The position numbers and the translations under genes were made by a program. The notes under the pieces are model-generated. The model searched no databases. It was given only the letters and a program-made list of their open reading frames with translations, and was not told the DNA's origin. A stretch of DNA of 46,855 nt from NCBI GenBank assembly GCA_039586795.1, contig JBDHJS010000029.1, forward strand, positions 1 to 46,855. Reading direction: 5' to 3'. The first letter of the stretch is position 1, and each line of letters opens with the position of its first letter. The stretch is from Gemmatimonadota bacterium (GTDB lineage: Bacteria; Gemmatimonadota; Gemmatimonadetes; Palauibacterales; KS3-K002). This document shows positions 31,140 to 39,677 of this stretch, piece by piece.

Positions 31140-31283
31140 CTTAGCTCGGCCCTGGCCGTAGGAATCTGGTCCCCCCCAGATCTTCAAGCCCTCCCTCCTC
31201 GACGAACCGATAAAGTCCATTTGGGCTCGGTGGATTCGTGTTTCTGCACGATAGACCAGCTTGCCGGATGTGACGGTTACTGG

Positions 31284-34200
31284 ATGCAATACAGGGAACT
31301 CCTAGACTTACTCGCGCATGTGGGGAAAGACCCGTCGCGTCTCATCTTTGAAGATGAGCTGACGGGCATCCACAACCGCCGTTTCTTCCTGAGCTATCTG
31401 GAACACAAGATCCGCTGGGAGCGTGACGATGACTTTCCGCTCTCACTGCTGATGATCGACCTGGACCACTTCAAGGAAATCAACGACCGACACGGTCACG
31501 ACACCGGCGACCAGGCGCTGCTCTGGATGGCGACGGTCCTGAAGGAGGTGGGCGGCGATCAGGCGCTCGCCGTACGTTACGGTGGCGATGAGTTCATGCT
31601 CATGCTGCCCCAGGCGACGCGCAGCGACGCTCGAGAGATGGCAGACCGTCTGCTGCAGCGGACTCAGGACCGACCGTTCCGGCTGCGGGACGCCGATGTC
31701 AGCGTTCCGATGAGCCTTAGCATCGGTTTCGCCACGGCTCCACAAGACGCCACCAACGGCAGCGACTTATTCCAAGCTGCAGATACGGCCCTGTTTCACG
31801 CCAAGCACACGGGCAAGAACCAGGCATCCAGTTTCTCGGAGGTCGATCCGGAAAAGGTCTTCCCTAAGACGGCGCTGTACAGACTGAAAGCGACGGGGAT
31901 CGCGGGGCGTGAAGAGGAGTTGGCGGTGGTCTCCGAGGCCCTGGACAAGCTGGCCAGCGGCACTAGCCAGTTCCTGGTGGCCGAGGCGGCGCCGGGCATG
32001 GGTAAGACGACCTTCATCGAGGCGGTGCGCCGAAACCTTGTCGGTGACGACACCTTCTGTGTGGCACGAGTATCCGGCGACGCGCAGGAGGGTTACCGCC
32101 CCTACTACCTGACCGGGAGAATCCTCCTCAACCTACTGAGCCAGCGGGATGACCAGGGCGCCGGGATCATGGAGGGCGTAACCCGAGAGGAACTCGCGCA
32201 CTTGGCGCATGTTCTCCCGCAGTTGGCGGACGAGAATCTGGACGTCGCCGAGGTGGGTGATAGCGCTCGGCGTCAGAACATCTTCGCGACACTTGCGCAG
32301 GTCTTGCCTAAGGCCGCCGACTTCCGACCCCTCGTCCTCCTGGTCGACGACCTTCAGCTCGCCGACGAGGCTTCGCTTCTGCTGCTTCGCGTTCTCATGC
32401 AACGACCGGACATGCCCATCTTGGTCTGTGGGTCGTCGGCGGAGACGATGCGGTTCAGCGGCGAAGAAGAGGCATCTCCTCTGGAGCGATTCATCTCGCT
32501 ACGCGTCGACAACCTGGAGCTTCATCGCATCAAACTGAAGCCGCTCACCCCGGACGGGATACATGAGTATCTAAAGACCGTCTTCCCTCGGCTTCAGACA
32601 CCCGACGGTTTCGAAGAAGACCTCACGACCATTACGCAGGGCAATCCCCTGTTTCTCGGCGAGATCATCCGCAAGCTGGTCCACGACGGAAAGGTCGCGC
32701 TGGTGGGTCAGGAATGGGTGATCGAGCCGCTCGAGGCGGGCTATCTGCCACGATCCCTGGAAGAGATCGTAAAGCAGAAGATTGCGGCGCTTGATGAAGA
32801 GGAGCGTTCGCTACTCGAGCGGGCATCGACGATCGGCGAAGACATCTCGTTGAGTGCCCTGACGGGCAGCTCGGAGATGAACGAGAGTCGCGTGCAGGGG
32901 TTCCTGGACCGAGCTGAGACGCTAGGTCTGGTGAGTCTCGACTTCCAGGTGAACGACGAGGTGATGCGCTTCCTCGGCAAACGCGTGCTTGACATCACCT
33001 ACGGCGCTATGGAGCAAGACCGGCGCAAGGAAATGCACGCTCAGGTCGCGAACTATCAGGAAGGTCTGTACCAGAAACGACTGCTGCCTTCTGCATCACT
33101 GCTTGCCTACCACTTCAAGCGCGCAGAGAACCAGGAGAAAGCCAAGCGTTACGAGCAGGTCCAGCTGGGCGCCAACTACAGCGTCTTCGATGCGGATGAA
33201 GCCGCATCCTACACTGGCGAGGTCGTCGAAGTCGAGCCCGACGAGGTCGAGACCGAGAGCCGGCTCGATCCTGAGAGCATTCCACGAGTGCCCTTCGTCC
33301 TCCGCACGCTCATGTCAACCGTGCGCAACATCCAGCTCTATCCGCCGGAGAGCAAGTCGATCGCCGAGGCACTGCGCGACCTCCACGATGCGATCGACGC
33401 GATCCTGGATACGAACGAGCGACTCCACCTGTCGCAGGCTCAGCGGGCGCTGCTCGCCAACGGCCAGCGACTCGATGTGAGCCGCTACAGCATGCTGGCC
33501 CGATCGTTCATCGACCTGCTCACCAAGACGGAAATTCAGGGGATCATCTTCAAGCGCGGCGTGACCCGCGACCAGATTCGTGATCTGCTAAACGCGCTCG
33601 TGAACCTGAAGCTGGAAGCGATAAGTCCGGGGTTCTGGCGGGACTTCACGACGGAACACGGGCTCGATCGTATCGAGCTGCGTCAAGTGCGTTACTCGCG
33701 CCTACGGCGAAAGAAGGGGCGGGCGACGATCCGGCAGGCGGTCGCCGAGGAAGAGGAGCTGGGCCCGGAGGAGCTGGCCGCGATTCCGACGATCCTGCGA
33801 TTCCTCCAGGGCACGGCCCAAAACGCGAAACTATACCCGCTGGACAGCAAGCCGGTCTCCAAGTCCATCGAGCAACTGCGCGCGTCTCTGCAAGAGGTGC
33901 TGAGCCGGCACCCAACGCTGAGCCTGGCGCGGGCTGGAGACTCCCTCTTGGTAAACGGCGCGCGGATAGACACGACAGGGTTTGCACCACTGGCATCGAG
34001 CTCTGTCGAGTTCCTCGAGTCGGCTGGGCTCGACAGCATCACCTTCTCTTCCGGTTTGCCAATCAGCGAGTTGCTGGCGTTCATAGAGGCAATCCGCACG
34101 CCGGCGGAAGCCAGTCAGCAGCCTGATTTCTGGGAGCAGCTCGGCCAGGAGAAGGATCTCACTTCGATCAGCTTCAACCAGCGCCGGTACGTCGCCGGCA

Positions 34201-35531
34201 TGGTGCAGACTCTGCTCAGCGCCGTGGACGTCGAAATCGAGGAAGAGGATATCGACGAAGATGAAGCTGCGCGGTTTGCGGAACGGATGACAGAGGAACC
34301 GCTGGAGGCGCTGCGCGATTCCCTTCCACGGTTCGGCAAGGAGCTGCTGGTCAAGGGCGAGCACCGACTCCTCAAACAACTTTTGAGACGTCTGTTCGAC
34401 GACTTTGAGAACCAAACTCCGACGGAACGCGAGATGACCGTCCTCGCCTGCCACGCCCTGCTTGACGGTCTAATGCTCGGGCTGCAGCACAAGTTCACCG
34501 AGCTCGCGGTCAATTCGATTCTCGATGCGCTCTCGCACGAGACGGAGCCACGCGTGCTTCAGGAGATGGCCACCACCCTCTACGGGATGGCGGGATGCTG
34601 CCTCTATTTCTCCGACTACCAGACGGCAAGCCGCATCCTCAGCGAACTCAGGGCTCGCAAGCGGTCTATCGCGCACGCCGGCGACGGCAAGGGAAGCTTG
34701 GCTCGATTGCTAGACCGCCGACTCGACAATACAGCGATCGATCTGCTGAAGGATGACCTGAAGTCCGCAGCTGGCGACCGACAAGAGCGCGCCGCCCAGG
34801 TCATCGGCAATCTCGGTCGCAACAGCATTCCGCTCCTCATCGACGTCATCAAGGAAGAGAAGGACTTTCGTACGCGGCAAATCTCAGCCCGCCTGCTTTC
34901 CGAGCAAGGTCCCGAAGCCGGCGAACAGATTCGACGTGCCCTGGTGACAGAGGTCACTGTAGAGCAGCGCTTCCGGCTGCTCGAGATCATCGACACGGTG
35001 ACACGGAACCTGCGCGCCGAATTGATCTTCTGCTTCGGCGATAGCAGCGCCAAGATTCGCCGCGCCGCGTTCCGGCTGTTCGAGCGGCTACACCAGGATG
35101 ACCTCATCGAGACGATCTTGCCGATGGCGCGAGACTCTGACTCCGCCGTCGCAAAGGGTGCCATCCGCAGCATCGCCCACCTCCGCTCAGCGGCGGCAGT
35201 TGCCGCTCTAAGCAAGATCCTCGAAGAGACGGACCAGCCGCGCGTCGCTACGGCCTGCTGTCAGGCGCTAGGCGAGCTGCGCAGCCCCGACTGCATCGAG
35301 CCGCTCGCCATGGTACTGAGCAAGAAGAAGCTCTTCCGTAGGCGCTGGGATCCGCAGGTGCGGGTCACAGCAGCGATGGCTCTGCGACATATCGATCACC
35401 CGAAGGCCCGGGCGGCCCTGAAGCGCTTCGGTGGCGATCAGGAGGTCAGCGTCAGGCAACTGGCTAGACCGGACCCGCCGATAGATTTCGACGACACGCC
35501 GGTACCCGAGACCGAGGCGGACGAGTCGTAA
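31284..35531 (+). CDS. Diguanylate cyclase (GGDEF) - STAND/AAA_16 NTPase - duplicated 165-aa domain - HEAT-repeat protein
   Basis: GGDEF part: DELTGIHNRR, DLDHFKEINDRHGHDTGD, RYGGDEF, ADTALFHAK. NTPase part: IAGREEEL, EAAPGMGKTT (Walker A), LLVDDLQLAD (Walker B), TQGNPLFLGE, PRSLEEIVKQKIAAL, LAYHFKRA. Then two LYP domains and C-terminal HEAT repeats. Start ATG 31284 assumed. Confidence 0.88.
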   Translation: MQYRELLDLLAHVGKDPSRLIFEDELTGIHNRRFFLSYLEHKIRWERDDDFPLSLLMIDLDHFKEINDRHGHDTGDQALLWMATVLKEVGGDQALAVRYGGDEFMLMLPQATRSDAREMADRLLQRTQDRPFRLRDADVSVPMSLSIGFATAPQDATNGSDLFQAADTALFHAKHTGKNQASSFSEVDPEKVFPKTALYRLKATGIAGREEELAVVSEALDKLASGTSQFLVAEAAPGMGKTTFIEAVRRNLVGDDTFCVARVSGDAQEGYRPYYLTGRILLNLLSQRDDQGAGIMEGVTREELAHLAHVLPQLADENLDVAEVGDSARRQNIFATLAQVLPKAADFRPLVLLVDDLQLADEASLLLLRVLMQRPDMPILVCGSSAETMRFSGEEEASPLERFISLRVDNLELHRIKLKPLTPDGIHEYLKTVFPRLQTPDGFEEDLTTITQGNPLFLGEIIRKLVHDGKVALVGQEWVIEPLEAGYLPRSLEEIVKQKIAALDEEERSLLERASTIGEDISLSALTGSSEMNESRVQGFLDRAETLGLVSLDFQVNDEVMRFLGKRVLDITYGAMEQDRRKEMHAQVANYQEGLYQKRLLPSASLLAYHFKRAENQEKAKRYEQVQLGANYSVFDADEAASYTGEVVEVEPDEVETESRLDPESIPRVPFVLRTLMSTVRNIQLYPPESKSIAEALRDLHDAIDAILDTNERLHLSQAQRALLANGQRLDVSRYSMLARSFIDLLTKTEIQGIIFKRGVTRDQIRDLLNALVNLKLEAISPGFWRDFTTEHGLDRIELRQVRYSRLRRKKGRATIRQAVAEEEELGPEELAAIPTILRFLQGTAQNAKLYPLDSKPVSKSIEQLRASLQEVLSRHPTLSLARAGDSLLVNGARIDTTGFAPLASSSVEFLESAGLDSITFSSGLPISELLAFIEAIRTPAEASQQPDFWEQLGQEKDLTSISFNQRRYVAGMVQTLLSAVDVEIEEEDIDEDEAARFAERMTEEPLEALRDSLPRFGKELLVKGEHRLLKQLLRRLFDDFENQTPTEREMTVLACHALLDGLMLGLQHKFTELAVNSILDALSHETEPRVLQEMATTLYGMAGCCLYFSDYQTASRILSELRARKRSIAHAGDGKGSLARLLDRRLDNTAIDLLKDDLKSAAGDRQERAAQVIGNLGRNSIPLLIDVIKEEKDFRTRQISARLLSEQGPEAGEQIRRALVTEVTVEQRFRLLEIIDTVTRNLRAELIFCFGDSSAKIRRAAFRLFERLHQDDLIETILPMARDSDSAVAKGAIRSIAHLRSAAAVAALSKILEETDQPRVATACCQALGELRSPDCIEPLAMVLSKKKLFRRRWDPQVRVTAAMALRHIDHPKARAALKRFGGDQEVSVRQLARPDPPIDFDDTPVPETEADES

Positions 35532-35556
35532 GAGTGGGAGCGTGACTTTTATGCAG

Positions 35557-35588
35557 AGAGAGGGCCCGGAATCGGGCCCTCTCTTCTT
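35557..35588. terminator. Terminator hairpin between convergent genes
   Basis: AGAGAGGGCCCG-GAAT-CGGGCCCTCTCT, a 12-bp perfect stem followed by TCTT. Confidence 0.75.
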
Positions 35589-35616
35589 GCGGGAGGCTAA
35601 CTGATATCGGATCGAA

Positions 35617-36762
35617 TCAGTCTTCCTCTTCGTAACTCGATAGCCTGAGGCTCGTGATGACGCCCGCGTGATCGGACGGCCACAGACCTGACGGCGTCTT
35701 GTCCCAGAACCGGTTGCCGACCAGCCAGCTCCTCACGGCACGGCGATTCCTGCGCCGCAGCTCGAAGTCGCCACTCACCAGAATTAGGTCGACGCGCTTG
35801 TCGAGAACCGACCGCCAATTGAGAAGGTCGGACTGTTGGCAACAAGTGTAGCCGGGGATCAGTCGATTCCAGGTGTCCACGTAACCTCCGATATCGATGA
35901 AGTTGCCGTACGTAGGAGTCGTGGTCCGGTTAGCGGCCGAGTTCATGTCGCCCACTAAGACAATTGGAAGTTCCTCGTTCTCGAGCGCCGCCATCAACTC
36001 GAAGCCCTGAGCCTCCTGGACGTCAGGGTTATCCTCTCCCGGCTCCAGGTGCGATACGACGAACCTGAACGCGAAGCCATCCACCACGGCATCGATCGAC
36101 GCCCATCCCCTGAGGATTGGGATCGGCACCTGTCCCATACCGGGGATGTCCACGACTTCCACCACCACGTTGTCGAAGTTGGCGGCTTGCGGATCACTAA
36201 CCGTCACATCACCGCGAGCCAGGATGAAGTCGAAGTCGACGAGCGTGGCTGCCCCCTGCACACCGGTCTCCGGATCGAACAAAGGCACCTGGCCGGCGAA
36301 GTTCTGCACCTGGGCCACCGGAACGTAGTCCACGCCGCGCTCCGCCAGCTCGTTCAGTAGGATCGGCAGAAAGTCTAGGGTCTCTACCCCGGCGGTCGTC
36401 TGAACATCGAAATACGACACCTCGTTCAGGCCGATCAAATGCGGTCGAGCGCCGGCGATCTCGTCCGCCATCGCCTCAGCCCGCTCCGGGTAGTTCGTCG
36501 CCTTGACCTGCTGCCACAGCTGCCACGCGGCAACCGGCAGCGGAAGCTCTGTGCTGAACAAAGCCTCGACCGGCGCCCCCACGTACAGGTTTCGCGTCAT
36601 GACAGTCAGCCGGTCGGACCCAGAATGGCCGAACCATTCTTGAGCAGACGGCTCCACGAACTCGGGCTCGGTCGGGTCCGAATCCTCGCACCCGCAAATC
36701 ATTAGGAGCGCGCACAGCACGGCGACGACCCTCCCGGCAGTGTTGGCTTTCGAGTTGAACAT
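35617..36762 (-). CDS. Endonuclease/exonuclease/phosphatase (EEP) family lipoprotein
   Basis: AAAGGAGG RBS before ATG 36762 and a lipobox-like ICGC. Motifs VMTRNLYVG, LIGLNEV, SHLE, VGDMNS, RVDLIL and PSDHAGV. Confidence 0.88.
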   Translation of the reverse strand: MFNSKANTAGRVVAVLCALLMICGCEDSDPTEPEFVEPSAQEWFGHSGSDRLTVMTRNLYVGAPVEALFSTELPLPVAAWQLWQQVKATNYPERAEAMADEIAGARPHLIGLNEVSYFDVQTTAGVETLDFLPILLNELAERGVDYVPVAQVQNFAGQVPLFDPETGVQGAATLVDFDFILARGDVTVSDPQAANFDNVVVEVVDIPGMGQVPIPILRGWASIDAVVDGFAFRFVVSHLEPGEDNPDVQEAQGFELMAALENEELPIVLVGDMNSAANRTTTPTYGNFIDIGGYVDTWNRLIPGYTCCQQSDLLNWRSVLDKRVDLILVSGDFELRRRNRRAVRSWLVGNRFWDKTPSGLWPSDHAGVITSLRLSSYEEED

Positions 36763-36888
36763 TGAAGGCCTCCTTTGGCAGTGGGGCTGCTCGGCCCGCC
36801 GTGGAACAGCGAGCGTCTTCTCGGAGGCCAAGCTCAGACCCTGCGGTCAAGCAGGAATCAAGTGAGAATGGTGTTGAGAGCCTGTGGT

Positions 36889-38286
36889 TCAGCTGCGCAG
36901 CCGGGCGATGATCCGGTCCAGCAGGGTAGTCGGGAACGTCCCATCGCGCTCCAAGGTCTCCCGGTGGCGGGTCAAAGCGTCGGCCACTTCGGGGAAGCTC
37001 CCGGGTACGGGCGCGATACTGCCGCCGGGGGCTGTCACCTGTGCGGCCGAGGTGCGGCGCAACAGATCGTCGAGGTCGCGAGCGTCGCGGCCATGGATCA
37101 TGGCGAGCGCCGCTCCAGCCATCAGCAGGTGAGGCAATGCCGAGCCGTCGGGGAGACGGAACTCGATGGTAGGAACGGTCAATTCGCGGCCTGCCTCATC
37201 GGTCGAGGTTATGGGAAGGCGGATCAGAGCGTTGCGATCGTACTCGCCCCAGAAAATGCCGCTCGGCGCTTCCTTCGCCTGGCTCACTCGGATGAACGAG
37301 TCCGGCGATCGGTTGCCAAACGCCATCAGCGCCTCTCCCATTTCCACCAGGCCGCCGATCAGCCAGCGCGCCGCATCGGATAGCCGTCCATCGCCATCAC
37401 GGATCGGCATGTTGCTTCCGTTCGATACCGGGGCGAAGTGGAAGTGCAGTCCGTTACCGGCATGCCCCTGAAGCATCACCGGGTCCGTATTACAGCGCAT
37501 GCCTCTCCTGTGCGCCAGGTTGCGGAGCACCCACTGGGTCAACAAGATGCCGTCGGCCGCGGTGGGCAACGGCGCCAGACCAAGCTCGATCTCGTGTTGC
37601 TCCCATATGACGCCTTCGGTCTCACGTGCCTCGATATATCCGACCTCGCTATGACCGTATTTGACGGGCACACCGATGTCGTGCAGTAAAGCGAGCGCCT
37701 CGCGTCGAAGCTCCTCACCGAACACGAACGGCGCCGTCGCATGATAGCCGCGATCGTCGGCGCCGTAGATGTCCGTCTCGTCCCACCGCTTGCCGAGGAA
37801 GTACTCCACTTCGCCCAGCGCCCACAGCTCGATCCCCGTTTCGTTGCTCAGTCTTTCGTAGGCGCGTCGGACTATGGTATCCGGCGACTGCGGTAGCGGC
37901 GTACCATCGCGACCGGAGTGACTGCACATCAAGACCAGCGACGTTCGCGGCGCGAACGGGTCGATGAATGCGCTCTCGAGGCGCGGTCGTAAGACAATGT
38001 CGGATGCGTCGGTTGGGATGCCGGCGTTGGGGAACAGGCTCGAACCGTCTGCCCGTTCACCCCCTTGAATGATGTCCTTCAGGTGTTCAACGCTGCGCGG
38101 CACGAAGTCGAGCGTCTTCAGCCACCCGTCTCCGCCCACGTGCATCAGGTTGATCAGCACGACCCTTCCGTCGCTGAACAGGCCCGCGAGGTCATCAACG
38201 CTCCATTCGGAGCGCGGTTTCTTCAGTGCATTCTCCAGGCTGTTGCCGAAGGAGATCGGTGTGCTGTTTGCTGGCTTCTCGTTCAT
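36889..38286 (-). CDS. glnA: Glutamine synthetase family protein (GSI-like)
   Basis: GERADGSSLF, GEVEYF, KYGHSEVG, EQHEIE, AGNGLHFH, SFIR..EAP, DRNALIR and IEFRLPD carry the canonical metal and substrate residues. ATG 38286 overlaps the gatD stop (ATGA). Confidence 0.9.
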   Translation of the reverse strand: MNEKPANSTPISFGNSLENALKKPRSEWSVDDLAGLFSDGRVVLINLMHVGGDGWLKTLDFVPRSVEHLKDIIQGGERADGSSLFPNAGIPTDASDIVLRPRLESAFIDPFAPRTSLVLMCSHSGRDGTPLPQSPDTIVRRAYERLSNETGIELWALGEVEYFLGKRWDETDIYGADDRGYHATAPFVFGEELRREALALLHDIGVPVKYGHSEVGYIEARETEGVIWEQHEIELGLAPLPTAADGILLTQWVLRNLAHRRGMRCNTDPVMLQGHAGNGLHFHFAPVSNGSNMPIRDGDGRLSDAARWLIGGLVEMGEALMAFGNRSPDSFIRVSQAKEAPSGIFWGEYDRNALIRLPITSTDEAGRELTVPTIEFRLPDGSALPHLLMAGAALAMIHGRDARDLDDLLRRTSAAQVTAPGGSIAPVPGSFPEVADALTRHRETLERDGTFPTTLLDRIIARLRS

Positions 38287-39677
38287 CGCCACATCTTCTC
38301 TAAGAGCGCCTGAACTTCAGGCACACCACCTTGAAATACTAGATAGCCGTCGTGCGGTTCGCGCTCAGTCATCTCTCCCGCGACGGTCCTCGTCATCAGC
38401 TCGCGCACGGCTTCCGGATCGTCAGGGTGAAGACCTAGCGCCCAACCCAGTTTGATGTACGCGACCTCGGGGAGCATGTTGGCAAGGGGAACAACACCAA
38501 GTTGCAGGATCTCTCTCCCCGTCTCATAGACATGCATTTGAACAAATCCCCAAAGCGTCTGCAACGTCATGTACAGCTGCACGCCTGCCTCATGAGCACG
38601 TTCCAGCGCCGGATAGATCTTGCGGTTGACGTGACCGAGCCCCGTGCCGGCGATGACGATCCCCTTATAGCCTTTCTCGACGAATGCATCGACCACGTCC
38701 GGGTGCATGCCGGGGTAGTAATAGGTCAAAGTCACTCGCTCTTCAAATGCCGTCTGAACGAGTACGTCGCGATCCCGACGACGTACGGTGTAATCATCCT
38801 TGAGTGTTGTAATCCTCCCCTGATCCACCATGGCTAACGGTATGTCGCCCAGCGTCCGGAAAGTGCTGCGGTACGACGAATGCATCTTTCGCACGCGAGT
38901 CCCGCGGTGCAGCAGATTATACTGATCCGATGTCGGCCCGAACATGCAGACCATAACTTCGGCAATCGGCCCGCGCGCCGCGGTCCAGGTCGCATTGATC
39001 AGGTTCTGCGCCGCATCCGATGAAGGCCGGTCTGAAGAGCGCTGGCTGCCCACCATCACGATCGGGACGGGTGACCGCTGCACCATGAAGCTCAGAGCGG
39101 CGGCCGTATGGTGCATGGTGTCGGTACCATGCCCAACCACCACTCCGTCGTACCCCTGCCCGACCGCCTCACCTATCTTCTCTGCCAGGATCATATACTG
39201 CTCGGGTCCCATGTTCTCCGAAAAGACGCCAAACAGCTTCTCTGTTTCCAGATTGCAGATGTCCGCCAGCTCCGGGACAGAACCGTAGAGTTCTCCAGGG
39301 CTGAAGGCCGGGATGACCGCTCCAGTCCGATAGTCGAGACGCGAAGCGATAGTACCGCCGGTCCCGAAGAGCTTGACACTCGGTTTGGCCGGATCGGAAG
39401 GGAACGCTTTCTCTGGTATCTTGTAGTGTGCTTCTCGGTATCCGATGCTGTTTAGCGACAGCACCGTATCATGACGCAGGCCGACGTTGTACCCACTACT
39501 CAGTTTGAGCACCAGGTGATTCTCGTCGCTGGTTTCCGACCGCGGTAGAACCAACCCCTCGAAGTCACCGCGCGTCGTTTGGGCCTTCACCTCGCTCCAA
39601 ACCGTGATGCCGAACCGTTTCATGAGTTCGACACACGGGCCGCGATACCCTTTGTATTTATCATCGGACTGGTTCAT
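38283..39677 (-). CDS. gatD: Glu-tRNA(Gln) amidotransferase subunit D
   Basis: GatD-specific N-domain (EGLVLPRSE..HLVLKLSSGYNVG) plus asparaginase-fold motifs GTGGTIASRLDYRTGAV, HGTDTM, GSQRSSDRPSSD, HRGTRVRKMHSS, GTGLGH and MLPEVAYIKL. ATG 39677 overlaps the gatE stop (ATGA). Confidence 0.95.
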   Translation of the reverse strand: MNQSDDKYKGYRGPCVELMKRFGITVWSEVKAQTTRGDFEGLVLPRSETSDENHLVLKLSSGYNVGLRHDTVLSLNSIGYREAHYKIPEKAFPSDPAKPSVKLFGTGGTIASRLDYRTGAVIPAFSPGELYGSVPELADICNLETEKLFGVFSENMGPEQYMILAEKIGEAVGQGYDGVVVGHGTDTMHHTAAALSFMVQRSPVPIVMVGSQRSSDRPSSDAAQNLINATWTAARGPIAEVMVCMFGPTSDQYNLLHRGTRVRKMHSSYRSTFRTLGDIPLAMVDQGRITTLKDDYTVRRRDRDVLVQTAFEERVTLTYYYPGMHPDVVDAFVEKGYKGIVIAGTGLGHVNRKIYPALERAHEAGVQLYMTLQTLWGFVQMHVYETGREILQLGVVPLANMLPEVAYIKLGWALGLHPDDPEAVRELMTRTVAGEMTEREPHDGYLVFQGGVPEVQALLEKMWR

